NCBI GenBank assembly: GCA_030248215.1
Contig: JASANG010004128.1
Span: forward strand, 372,001 to 436,000
Direction of reading: 5' to 3'
Origin: Enoplolaimus lenunculus
Lineage: Eukaryota
DNA: 64,000 nt
Shown here piece after piece: positions 39,732 to 54,000 of the stretch (positions are counted from its first letter, which is position 1; each line of letters opens with the position of its first letter). A program made the translations under genes and the position numbers. Under the pieces are notes generated by a model that did not search any database, had not been told where the DNA came from, and saw only the letters and a list, made by a program, of their open reading frames with translations.

Positions 39732-40599
39732 TACTTTATGGCACATCTCTTCGCTCAAAGTTTAATGATAAAGATACGCCTGCTACACAGATTGGTAGCA
39801 GCGCACAAGTAGGGACCAAGTAAACAGTCATGGGTATACCTGCATATAAATAATTGCTTCACGTAGGTTAAAACAAATTAATAAATTCTATTTCACATAG
39901 TGAGATTGTATGAGTTTTGACCGTTTACAACGTCTTAGCCGAAAGCTACGAACTATAAACTCAGTTTTATTTACAGCTGCAACATTTTGTCGAATAGATA
40001 AGCTTGAAAAAGCGCTTAAGATTGTACCACCATCTAAATAAATAGTGAGTAAACCGAAAACGCAACGCCTGCCTGGTACATTCTTTTCTACACAAAATGT
40101 TCCCAGTTGCATACGTACTCTTGTTGAAGTATGCATCATTCACTCTTGGCGAAACTAAATCTTTCGTTTCTGGAGCGTTTTTACAATTTGTTTGCTTCCA
40201 ACGAATATTGTAGTTTACGTGTGTTTTCATCAAAACTTTAGCCACATTTCGTCGAAGTTATAAAAAATGTTATAAAATTTTCAATAACGTTATGGTTGTC
40301 ATAAACGTTCGTTTCATTTTGTACGGCATGACACACTGCCTTGGATTTATCTATCCAATGCACATGAAACGTTGAGAGCTTAATTTTCATTTTAGCACAG
40401 CGAAAATTACGGAAGTCACCGCTTGCTATATATGAGAGAATCTTCGATCCAGGCCTGTAACTAGCTCACCTTTGCTAGGGGTCTAAAAAAGTTTGCGGAG
40501 GGACAAGCAAGGTTGAAAATTTTCTTGGGGCCGAAATTGTTCCAGGGGAGCTGAGCCCCCTTTGGCCTCTCTTGACTACGGACACGCTTCGTTCCCATA

Positions 40600-41940
40600 C
40601 ACTCAAAATAAATTGTCTTGAAATTTCAAAACTCGTAGTTGCTAAAGTTTCGAACTCAACTTTATTTGGGCCTGGAGCCATTGTTTATACACTACAATTA
40701 GAGACAATTGTCATTTATGAACTCTTGTTAGGGTTTACGGACTATCCACTTATGGACTCCTATTAGGGATACGGAATCCTATTGATTGGGGTTCAAAATG
40801 GGGACCCCCACCTATTACCCCCTCTTATTCGGATCCCCACAGCAATAGTCAAAAACGGCTCAAAAATTTTTGTCTGAAACTGTTAAAACATAAATGTTTT
40901 ATATTAATAAATATATAAGTGTTGCCAAACTATAAGACACAAATTTCTTCTTTACTAAGAAATAGTTGTCTTATATTGAAGAGTTGTTTTCTGATTTTCA
41001 TATATGTATGTAAAAATGTTGTTCTGTTTATATTTTTTGGAATGTAGATAAACTCAATTCACACGTGCCTTGCATGCGCAAGTTTGGTCACAAAGCAGCT
41101 TTGAAGTTGTTGTACTGCTTATAATTCAAGGAAATTCATGCCATTAAATTTGATTCACACGTATGAACGCAGTTGCCAATCGCTTGAATCTCTTGCACCT
41201 GCAGGTTGATTGGTTGATTGAAAACTGTGTTGTGACGTTCTTGAATCCATTCAGGCTTTTTGAATTTATTCTAGAAGCTTCAATTAATTTGAATATCAAA
41301 CTTGTTTGATGTTTCGCAGTCTACAGCAATAGTGACGGGATCAATTTTATATTTTTAAGCAATAAATTGAACATGTATTGGTATGACAGCGTTTCCAAGT
41401 CATAAAATTTCGAGTAAAACCTTTACGCGTGAACAGTTCTTGCACTGAAACTTGCAGCTGCAAGTTTTGTTGGAATATTGAATCGAAGAACTTGCAATTG
41501 CAAATTATTCATGATGACTATACGCCAAGAAATAATTCATAGGTATGAATATCGTAAAAAGTGGAATAATTCATCATGATTGGCTGAACTGCGGGCTGAG
41601 TTCAGGCTCCCTCAAACCTAAGTTTACGTCTTGGACGTATCTTAGGTCGTAAATTTAAGGTATTTGGTTGAGCTTTCTTTAGTACCCAATTTCGGAGTCG
41701 TTTCCCTAAAAATTCTTGTCTTGAGATTCAGAAACATCTGTCGTAATCGATCATAAAACAAAGTCATTAAATTTCACATTTTTAACTCTGAAAATTTTAG
41801 TCGCATATTTCTGATAAATTTAAGATACAAAATTCTGAAATTCAAGACATATTTAAATCTGAAGTTTGTAATAAGACATAATTGTCTTAAATTTCAGGGC
41901 AATATTTCTTGAATATACAAAAGACAACTGATTTTGTGAG
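40600..41940. mobile_element. TA-flanked non-autonomous DNA element (CACTCAAAAT... ends) with nested MITE at ~40680-40843
   Basis: Left cactcaaaataaattgtctt, right end reverse-complements to ctcacaaaatcagttgtctt; AAGACA/TGTCTT subterminal motifs; ends resemble 50651-50895. Confidence 0.55.
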
Positions 41941-44836
41941 TAGGTGTTTATGCGTACTGCTCCGCTATATGAGCTTCTAGCTCGAGAACTATCGGTTATC
42001 ACGCCTTATGGAGGTTTTACTCTGCATGCAGGAATCATCGAACACTGTACTACGCGTATTACTTGAGCAGTATTGTACTATAGTTGCGCATATTCTATAA
42101 GATGGCAATGTAATGGATACTAATTGGAAAAGTTTTCATAATCACTTTGTTACATAAATATTTTCAATTTGAACTGAAATGTAATTTCAAACTAGAATTT
42201 GAACCCCCGCTCCAAGTTCCCATTGAACATACCCACTTAAGCATAAGGTTTGATACAATTTAATATTTTGCAATGAATCGCCTACTTAGATACCGACAAT
42301 TTTCCAGCCGTTATTTATCTCTTTGGTACAACAGTCACTCAGAGTCGAACGAAGGATTCTACGGACACCGAGCTAAAATTTTGCTCTGCTCCGTAATATC
42401 GCCGAAAATTACAAACCAACTTATGCAGGCGGCTTTTGCCGAGAATTATCAAATGCTTTTATTTGCCACCACCATCAGAATCAAGTACTCGATAGAATAG
42501 TAAAGAAAAATTCGTAATCGAAACGAGCGAGAAGGAAGACGCGCTTCAAAGATACGGCAGTTTTTATTGGTGTCTCCGATTTGACGTGGATAGTGGTATG
42601 GGGGATGGCTGTTGCGCACCTGCTGCAATTACACAATTTAGTGAATGCAGTGAGAGTGCCAAAAACTGCGTACAAAAATCTTTGAATATACTGCATTCAG
42701 CTGATTGCAGATATTCAATATAAGAAAATTTGATTTGATTGCGATAGCAGCAATAGTTTCGGGTGCAGCAAAATTTCGGGCCCCTATTTAGTCGGGCTCG
42801 TCTTACGCTATATCCCACTTAGCCTAAACGGTTAGTCAGCCCTTACTGCGCTGATTTGACCATTTTCTATTATCATGCATTGTCTTTGTTAGATAAAACA
42901 ATTGCAACATCTGTGCAAACAATTCTGCATATACTACACGATAGAGCAGAGATCGTTTATTTAAGATAACTTGATTTACTGTTTTATGAGATGTTATGAC
43001 CTAAAACTTAAATGAGGCTGAGTTAAGGTGTCTGCTGGCGTATTCAACGGGTGTTCATTTGGTGATTTTATAACCCACTGCATTAAACAAGTGGCGTTAA
43101 AGTATCACTCTCTGCTGCTACTCGCCATCGAGGTTTTCACGTAAGCACAACTTCTTTTAATTGTTTTCATATTCCTTGCTTTAATTCAGCAAGTTTTACT
43201 GAACTTAAGTTGTCAACTCCACCAATTGTTTTCAGGATTGGCCCATGCGTTTTTATTTCATAATGGCGACAAACAATGTACACCACTGCTCGCCGTGTTT
43301 TTACTGGCAACTTTAATATTCGCTTTTATTTCAAAATAGTTAATTTCTGACATATATCAACTGTCGATCGATCCGTACAATTTTAGCTCAACTAAATTTT
43401 CACATTGTGTAAAATATGTAGCACATCAACAACACACTTTCCCTCGCTTCTGTGACGAGGTTTCTAGAAGAAAATGAAATCAGTGGCGTATACTAAAAGG
43501 AGGATAGCATGAATCATCCCTTCCTGAAGTTTCTGGAAACACAAAAAAGTCACATTTGCAAGATTCCGAAAAGCATGTGGATTTCAGAGTCCAAAAAACG
43601 AGATTACCCCCTCCCGAAATGACATCCTGACAACGATCCTTGAGTGTAAACAGTTTACACTCTGTATATTGTTTTGAAGCAGTACACTGAATTGAAATAG
43701 TTGTCAGAATGTGGTAGTATTGCATTTTAGCATTTTTGTGCTGTTCTGTTTTGGTATTGGAATGGTAGTCATTGTGAAACATATAAAAGCGGATAAATAG
43801 GATATGCAACAACAGACAAGTTTTGCAAACGGATGTGCTAACTTGGTAGTCATATAACTTTTTTGTCGTTGTTCAGGAACATCGCCTGACAACTACTTTA
43901 CTTCTTGTACACTTCCGGGTACATGTAAGGCAATCGATACGCTAAGTCTAGAAACCAAATTTATAACAAGGAACCGGACGCTACTTGATCACCTTGCAAA
44001 TAACATGTAATAGCTATGTAGTCTTAAAGTCGATGCTTCATCGCAAAGGTGGCGCTCACTTTATAATAATTTTTATATTATTCGACGCCGTTGTATACAG
44101 CTGTCCGTTTGCGTAATATGCGGCACTGTGACGGACTATCATGGGCGGCAATGGACGACGTCACTGATTACTGTTTACACATCCCGCTTTTGTTCATAGT
44201 TCGAAGACCCTAAAAGGTGTTAGAGTTCGCCCTCAACGTTTGATTTTAAAATGTTTTGCGTATTTGAAAATAGAAATTTAGAATTTTAAAATCCTAAGGT
44301 GAACCAGGCAGTGAAAAGTATTGACAGAAAGGTCATCAATTTATGTATCATTCGACTCGGCGCAGTTTGCGCCGTTGAGTTGAATGGTGTGTTTGAGATG
44401 GCGTTGAATTAGTTATTTGACCGGTGAAACCTTGAACACTGTTCAATTCAGCACCGGAAACAACGTCCAACGATTTATAAATTATTAGAACTCTTGGACG
44501 TCAAAATATTAAGTTTCAGCAATTCAAATTTCACTCAGATTAATCAAGACAGGCAATGAGAAGCTCAAATATGAAAAAATTCAAAATCAGGCCAGTTTTG
44601 GCTGAATATCTGTAGTAGAAACACACATCCGACAATCTTTGCGCAAACGAGAAGATTTTATCACACATATTGTGGAATTAATTTTCACAAAAGCATTTTG
44701 CAAATTCAGAAGCATACCAAATATTAAATCTGTCTAAATGAAGCGTATTTAGAGCGTTGCAATTGTGCGTTAACATATTTTACATTGTTAGTGTTGCACA
44801 AAGGATAATTTTTGTTAAAAAATTGCCGAGTGAAAA

Positions 44837-44996
44837 ATGCAAACAGTGTCCAATATCTACGCTTTGTTCCAATGCCTTGCGAACTCGTGGTCAATGTTGA
44901 AATATCCGCCGGACGGATTATGCGTTGACGGTGCCCAAAATAGTGTTTGTGTTTCGCCTGGTTGCGTTGAAATTGGTAATAGGATTTTTTTAGTAA

Positions 44997-45062
<66 letters not shown>

Positions 45063-48000
45063 TCTTTTTATACTTTCTATTTTCAGAAGTTAAACGAAGT
45101 TTTAGGTGAAAGTTTCATAGCGATATTCTACTTTAACAGTATGTTGTCGATGGCTCTCGCCCTGTTCTGTTAGCGTTTAAAATTTGTTAAGCGCTGGTTT
45201 ACTTTATTGCCAAATAGCATATAACGGCAGTAGATCCTGAGGAAGCTGGGATTCTCAAGCCTTCAACCCGTTACAAGTTGTTTTCTGACAAATTGATATT
45301 TTAGTGTTGCTTTTGAGTTAAATCAACTGCCAAATTGTAAACGGAAATATTTTTCACGTTTTAGCGTCTTCGTTTCTGTCAGCAATCGACGAATCTGTGG
45401 ATCCGTGTGTGGACTTTGATCAATTTATGTGCTCAAAATGGCGCAGAGCGAATCCGATTCCCGATGATCAGTCTCGATATTCAAGGTTTGCTGAAGTAAC
45501 GAAACAGTTGAGATTCAAACTTCGAGGTAAGTGGTATATTTGTGTTTACAAAGCTGTAGCGGCTATGATGTATATAAGGCATAATTACAAAAAATGATGC
45601 CAATAAACGATGCGTTTATTAACAAATAATTTTTAAACTGAAAAAACAGCAAAGCTCGGTTAAAAATAGAATGCAATTGATATTGGGCTTACACCGTTAT
45701 TTCGCTTCAGAACCATCTTGAGTAGTATATATTTTAACGCAACTTTCGGCTTTGATATTGTCAAATTATAATTTATTTTACACCAATTTATATTTTAGAT
45801 ATTCTCGAGTCAAATAGAACTGAAGAGGCATTTCCAAGCGCCGCAGCTAAATTTTTATACCAAAAGTGTATGGATCGAGGTACGTGAACTGAATCTGTCT
45901 TAAACAAACGTATGTTCTTTGTGCGTTTCGAAATTTTTAAATTTCTATGATCGATATGTAATGATTTTGTTGCAATATTTCAAACTAAACCTAAGACGCG
46001 TAATAACGATGGTCCCAAGAAACTACCATTACATTGACTTTAAAATTGGTAGCGAAGCTAGTTTCTGGTTTAGTTATGTTTTATTTTTGCTGCATGGGCA
46101 GGCCCGTAGCCAGCTCACCTTGCTAGGGGGACTATAATTTTTTGGAGGGGCATTCAAGGGTTTTCAATGAGTTACAAACAAGGTTGAAAATTCTCTAGGG
46201 GGAGCCAAAATTTTTCTAGGGGGGGCTGAGCCCACCTGCCCCCCATATCTAAATTTGACAATAAATCGGGTTTTCACTTAAATATGAACGGTGCGTAATA
46301 CAAATAACTTTAATCCTTCATTAACATTCTGGTTTCGCTTTGAAACCGTAGGTATTGAAAATGCTAACTGTTGCAACCGTTGTAGCTCGCCAGCCAAGCA
46401 GGCCCATCAACTCAACCATTTCAAAGCATTAAGAGAACTGAATACAACTTGTAACCCTTTTCCCGTCTTTTAAAATAACAAATGGCATCATACACCGAAT
46501 TGAATCTAAAATCGAACTATTCTGTTTTGAATTAGGATCAAAACAGATTTCACAACTGTTTTTAACAGAAAATTAAGCTGGTTGAAAATTACCTCAACAG
46601 AACACAGCCACAACAATAAAAGAATATCGTCCAGTTTAGACATTACAAGTCAATTTTTGTACCGTAAATTCGATATATTATCGTGAATATACCTTGTATT
46701 TATATTTAGACGCAATCAATAAATTACGGAACTTACCGCTACAAAGTGCGCTTGCAGACGTTGGAGGGTGGCCGCTAATGAACAAGTCTGATTTTAGTCC
46801 ATCACTCAGTGATCCAACGAACAAAAAAGATTTAATATCAACAACTCTTGGCACAATTAGTTCAAAATTTGGTCTCGGGCTATTAATTAATCATATTGTT
46901 CGCAGTGATGAAAAGGATAGTAAATCCCATGTTGCTTATGTAAGTTTCTATTTAAACGCCATAAACTTTTGGTTTCGATGAGAACGAATAATTGGTAGTT
47001 GCATTTTCATGAGCAACGACTTCTGTAAACAAATGTATTTGTTGCAGAATATTAAGGTCAAGTTATTCATGTAATTTTGAAAATTTTTTAGCTTGTTCCA
47101 TGACTTTTCTTTGAGACTTCCGCGACGTTTTAAAACAGTCTAAGCTTGCTATTCGGAAAACTTGGAACTTTTCGTTTCTTTAATTTTCACACCGCATATT
47201 ATTCGGTAGAGTACCTACTTCAGATTTATCCACAACGTTTGTCGTTGAGAAGTCGAGATTTTTACTTAAACGACACTTTATATGGATCTAAGAAAGAATA
47301 CTTACGTCAGCTAATACGGCAAGTTCTCACGATGTACGCCAAAGATTCAAGTATTACATTGTCAGATGAAGCGCTCGAACAAAACGTTGAAGAAATTGTA
47401 TCTTTTGAAACCAAATTGGCAGAAGTACGTTTTGGTTGATTTGTGTATATATTTGAAATCTTCAGCAAAGTTGCAAAATTATTATGTGTAAGTCGTTTTG
47501 CAATTACTGTTGAGTTCATCAGACAAACAATTTTATAGGCGAATTGTGAAAATTTTACGTCATTTGCTCGTAAAACTACCATTTTACTAGTAGGTAAAAA
47601 ATTTTAGCAAGAATTAAGTCCGCCATAAACGCTTTATGGCTTTAGGTGTACAGTTCATGTAATAAATCTGCCTGTTTAGCGTGTAACAGTCCAATACGTT
47701 AGTGTTGGTTCTTTCGTACACCATGGACGCTGAGAGCGTAATTCAACTGGTTAACGTGCGGAAATTGTGTACGAGAGCCACTATTTCATACGACAATTTC
47801 TGATTTTCGAACTATTCTGCAATTTCTATGCTTAAAACTGTTCGTATTAACACGTTTTAGCGACTGACTAAAAGATAATCTAACGTTAATTCGAATAAAG
47901 TACGTGCGCTCGAAACGTTCTCTAGGTTCATTTCATACGTAGTGCATAGTAATTTATCTGCCTTTGTAGTATACTTCGCCACCGGCAGAAGCCCGTAACG

Positions 48001-51000
48001 CAACGAAACTCTACAACAAATACAGTTTGTCAAAGTTATCGAAAGATTTTCCGTGGGTAAGACGTGGTGAACTGATGTAATTTACATTTTAATTAACATC
48101 CAATTGTTTTTTGTATTTCAATAAGCTTGCGAACGTTTAAAAATTAACAAAATGTTTTAAAAGTATACAAAGCTATTTTCCCGGAAACTTGTTGCAAATT
48201 GCACACGCAGGCGAATAACTTTGATGATTTGCATGCGCCAGATGGCCCATGTTACGTTTAGGACCGTCCCGGTAACTGGTTGGTCTGTTAAAGAGTAGGC
48301 TTACATTCTAGACTGCATTTTTTGCTTAGGCTTAGGCTTAGGTTTTTAGGCTCAGTAATACACTTTTGCAACGCTTAGGCTTTAGGCTTAGGATTAGGAA
48401 TACGTTTAATCTACTGTTACCACTGTAAAAGTAACAATGACCAGCCAGATTATAAATAGCCTGTTGCGAAAGTTAGCGTCAATTGCCGTTTTTGATTCGG
48501 ACCGACCAGTACGTACCTTAAGCAAATTTTTTTAGTATAATATCAATGTGATTTCTAAGGTAAATGACCTAAATAGTGGCAAAATATGCAGATTTTATAA
48601 CTTTAACTTACAAAAAACAAACAAGTAAACGCTGTGTAGGTAAACGAATCTTGTAATTATGAGTAGATTTGTTCAGAAATTTGCACCAGGGCCGATATTT
48701 TCAAAGCACATACCATCAGTTAGCGATAGGTTTGAAATCTCACTAACTCCTGCAGCTGCGGACTTTTAAATTTAAATACGCACAACAGAAGTATGGCAAA
48801 ACAAATCTCAAAAATGTGTTGAATAGCGAAGCTCGCCGTTCACTGATCCGAAAGTTACATCACCTTAAGACCCAACTGATGAAAGGTGCTACTCACATTT
48901 ACGGCCACAGACCACAAGTCTTCATTGTGGAATTACCTTGGCCAAGCCGACAATCCATATTAACCAGCTACTGTATCGTATTGATTTGAAAAATTTGTTT
49001 CTAAATTGCGTTGCGTTTTTAGTTAAACTGGAACGAATACACAAACGCGATGTATCCAGCGGAGGTTTTGGACAAACTTTCGCCTGATCCGAATTTTATC
49101 GTTACATTTCCTGACTACATTGAGAACGTTGGCAATCTTGTTTCTTCAACAAACACAGAGTATGTGTTACGTTTATATGTGACATTATACTCTCGTTTAT
49201 ATTAAAATTCTATTCCAACACTGCCGTCTTTCCGTATGATTGGCTATGGCTTTATGATACATTTTTTAAAAAAATCATGGTTTCTGTCCTATGCGATCCT
49301 AAAATTATACTTGTTGGCAACTGCAATATGGGCCATGCTAAACGTTGTCTAAAAACGTCCCGGCGTTGAAAGACAATATTAATTTTAGAAACCTTTCTGA
49401 ATCCAAAAATAAAGCTTTCTTAGGAGTTTGAACGCAAAAACATTCGTCTGGTTTGTCTCTAAACTATACTTTAAACGGCTCAAAGTTTTGTTTTGCGGCG
49501 GAACTGTTTAGGCACAGCCCTTGTAGCAGTTGAAACAATAGTACAGAAAAATTAAGAAACAATATAAAGAACGTAAAGTTAGTCGAAGTTTTTCAAAAGC
49601 AGTTGAAAAAAGCAATTATTGATATGCAAACCATGAAGTCAATCGAGTATATTTGTCTTCATGCATGATCAACAAATGCTTTTTCTATCAGCTTCTGGCC
49701 TTACTGTATTTAGTGTCACAGATTCTGTGGATACCTTTCTACAGGGATTTCGATCATGTATGCTTGAATATAAATCCTCTTTTGATAGAAATGTTAAGAC
49801 ATACGTTCGGTTACTCGCATATATTATATACATGAAGAAGTGTCAAATGAAATACTGTCGGAATCAAAAATGTAGTTTATTTGGCATATAAACGAAACCG
49901 AATGGCATATAATGGTAATATATTCTATGCTCTGTTGCAAATAAAGTATTTATATATTTTAGATCATTGTTCAATTATTTCAACTGGAAGGTGCTCGAAA
50001 GCTATGCAGACATGCTTGATACTCGATATTTTGAAGAGTTTGAAGTAATTTTCGAAACATTTACCGATGCCTATTTTGTTTTAAATCAATGTTATGCAAT
50101 CAGGATGTTTAGTCTCGGACGTTCGCAAAAAATTATTAAAAACCATTGGACCGTAAGCCGCTCCTGTCTAGTCTCATGTTTTCGGAATATTGGCAGTAGC
50201 TGATACTTCTTGGGCAACACACTTTTTGGGTAAAATCGTAAAACTAACCTGACCATCCCCTTAGAAAATAACCATAATGAGCTCGGTGCTAACAATGAAA
50301 GTAATTAGTGATAAATTTAAAAGTATAAAGCAAAATATTTCTGCATATGCTTCAATACCTTTCGAGCCTATAAGCATACGCCTAAGCGCAGTTGTGAGAA
50401 AACCGTGTACAAACGCCGTACGTTGCTCACCGCTGCTTTGTGTGTTGACAGTATCTGACCATGCTTAATTGCTTCAATTGATCGGAATGATTATTAATGT
50501 TGCTAGAAATTCGAGCAATTTCTTTCGGGTCGAGAAGCATCACCACCGCGCTGGAAAGAGTGTCAAGCATTGGTAGTAAACAATTTAGATATTGCTGTGG
50601 GCGCACTGTATATTGATCGATACTTTACCGAAGAAGATCGCGCTAAGGTACACTCAAAATAATATTTCTGACATTTAAGAATAAATTTCTTACATTTAAG
50701 AAATATAGTAGCAAGGTGCACTTGAAAAGCATTTCAGTTATAACTGAAAAGATTTCAGAAAAGTTCTGAAATGAAGTCTGAAAATAAACGTTATCCAGTT
50801 ATTTTTAGAAAAATTGTCTTAAATATCAGGAAAACTTTCCAGATTTGCCACAGAAAATACTTTTCTGAACAAATTCAGAAATACTTTTTTGTGTGTATGT
50901 AGCAGGGTAAATGCAAATAAGTATAGAGTATCAAAAATTTCATTCTGAGTGAAGACACAATGAATCTTCTGAAATAGAATGTTACCTACACTTCCGGTAT

Positions 51001-54000
51001 GCAGTGAAACCTTGTGCCATTGCGTCTACGAATTTGTTTATGTTGTTGTTGTTGTTTGAAAGCACCATTTTTAGGTTACGCTATTTTTTGTTTGATGCTT
51101 ATAAGTTGTATGAAATCACGTGCACGTTAAATATGAAAAATGTCAAATCAAAATTTCAGGCAAAAGAAATAGTCGACGCATTAATGAAAGCGTTTAAAGA
51201 AATTATTCAAAGCTCCGATTGGATGGACGATTCGACGAAATCGAAAGCTTTGGAAAAGGTTTAAAATACGTTTTCTAAAGCTGACGTAAATGTTAGCTTT
51301 TGATATTTGTTAACAGAAAACAAATTCTACTAAATGGATAAGACTCAGTACGGAGATGAGGCTACGCCTCGCGAGCCTAGCCCTTGTGCTAGTTTCCACG
51401 TCTTGCGCTTAGAGGATCCTGGTGGTTCACCGAGGAAACTAATTTGCAATTTAGCGATATGCAACCCACGATATAAAAGATAACTGTACTTGTACATATT
51501 TGATGTTGCTAGAACGTCAGAATGCATTAAAGCGATTGGAATTTGGACTAAATGCTTTACGAGTGTTCTAAATATTCGTTGAGTAATTGGACACTGCTCC
51601 AAACCTTTTGTCAATCGGTAGCAGGTGGCGTTGCAAGTGTGTTTTAGGCTGATAAAATGATTCGTCATATCGCGTTCCCGGATTATCTGAAGAACGTTAC
51701 AGCACTTAATGATCAGTACAGCGGGGTAAAAAAGAGCTGTTGCAGATTTTGTTGATTTGCGTAATTTTCATCCTTTATGTTTATTTTACTGGGGAGATTA
51801 TTTGTTGCATGTAAAGAGCAACAGTGAAAAAAACTGAATTTTAATATGGGCCAAATAGATATCAACAAGAGTTGTTTAATTGCTAGATTCAGTTGGTCTA
51901 CTGGCATTATTGAATTACATGTTTTGATTTAGTTAGAAGTGATGTATATACCTTGACGGATCTAACAATTTCCGATGGAGAGGCGCGCGATAAGTACATA
52001 ATAGTGAAAAATCTCGTGAGCGAAGCGAGCGAGAAATTAAACTCAATTTATTTATAAAGTTCGGACTTAGGCGGAGTCAATTAACCTCATATTTTGTTTA
52101 GTTAGTGGCTAGCTAACCATTTATATTTAATCGAGGGTTGTAAGCGTTAAATCCACGCTCACACCGCACCCAAAAATCTTTTAGTATTGAAATCAGATGA
52201 CTTGCAATCTTATAATTAACAGTGAAATAATTTGAAAAGTTTCTAGTTTAGGCTTAACTTATTATATTAGTTAGCATGTAACTAATTAACGACCTAGAAT
52301 TTCAAAACCCCTGTGCAAGGTTCACACCCCAGGATAGTAACCTTTGAAACAAAGAAAGGTTATCAAAATCGGTTCAGATATCTTCGAGAATTTCGTGTAC
52401 GGACAGACGAAGGAACATCCATCTTTCGATACCCGAGTGCAAAACATGAAACACCTTGCGAAATACTGGGTTTCGCTTGGAGTTTATCCATCGCTCGCTG
52501 CTTACCTTGCTAAATAATGGTTTGTTATAACCTTTCATGTTGTTTTCTCGCAAACTTTCCCAGTAAATTGGAAACTTTAAAATATTTTTTAGTTATCGCT
52601 CGATGATACGTTGAATGCATTTGAATATTATCGTCATTATCGGCAATGGGAAATGCAGCACAATATTGCCAAACTGTTAAAGCCGTATGATCGAAACATG
52701 TATAAAATTTAATTAATTTCCTATTTTCAAACGTATGACATCCAGCAACTTTCGAATAACTAGCGTATTATGTCAAAAACTTCAAAATGTTTTCAAGAAA
52801 ATGACTAAAATCCTTTCATGGATCTGTACATGAACGGTTAGCGTTGAAGTTGCAATATTTGGCGATGCCTATTTTATGGAGGGATTACCGTATTTTTGCA
52901 TGGTTAACTATCGGAAAGTTGTCAAGGTGCTATATGATGACAAATACATAAAATAACACAAACGAAATTCTTTTTCTTTTTTAGATTAGAACTTGGTGTT
53001 GCAGTTGTGAATGCGTTTTATGATCGATCTCAAAATTCTATTGGTACGTTAAACCTTTAAATTCTCAAATTCAGTTTCGCACTATTTTCACAAATTTCGT
53101 TTTCTAAAAGGTGTCGGCTGCTGTGTAGACCAGGGTTGGTTTTTCCGGACAAATTAAATCGACCGCAAAAAATGGTTTTTTTTCGGAAAAAACGGAAAAA
53201 TTGAAAATCATGTACTAATGCTTCCGCAAGCGCAAAAACGTTTATGGATGATTTGTCTATTGAAATGACATTAGAAGCATAAATTTCTTTTGTATTAAGT
53301 TTCAAAATTTGATAACACATGATGATAAACATATTGCACTGTACACGCTTACCTAAAAAACTGCATATGCCTGTTAAAGCGACCACAAACTTGCGCGATT
53401 GTGTCCGGCAAAAAATATGCAAACAGGATTTATAGTTTTATTGATATATGAAAAATGAAATTAATCAATAGTTAGGTTCCGAACTAAACGGTGCATATAT
53501 CTGCAATAAATGTTATATACCTATTTTAAAGAGAAACAGAAAAATCTCAAATACATATAGCAATACTTTAAATTAAAGAAGTATAGTAGCTTGATTTGCA
53601 ACTGGAATTCCGGTTAGATTAGTATTGTATTAAAAGGTTTAGCACAAAAATGTTGTAGATCCGTCACTGATTTGCCCTAGTGAATCAGAAGCCTTCGTCT
53701 TGACCTGTGCGTGACAAAAACTAATTTCTCACGGTTTCTGCGAAGTTTTCTCGTTGTTTTGCGGGCAATTTACTGAGATTATAATAAAATGTTTTCCGTT
53801 TTTTCCGTTTTCAACCCCCCCTCTGAAAAAACGAAAAAACGAACGCATTTTTGAGTTGGTCTATTCCGGTGAACAACACTGATGTCGCCGATTCTCATGT
53901 AATTGCAACAATCGCACGTCTGTAACCGGCTCAACGTGTTAATGAGGGATTTTTGTTTGGGGCATATGGTAATTTTGCAGTAGCAAGCGTGACATTTTCC

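Noticed and set aside
44976..45109. Poly-Tyr protein in ORF 44837..45109
   Set aside because: Read-through past the GTAAT donor into an intronic (TTA)n microsatellite.
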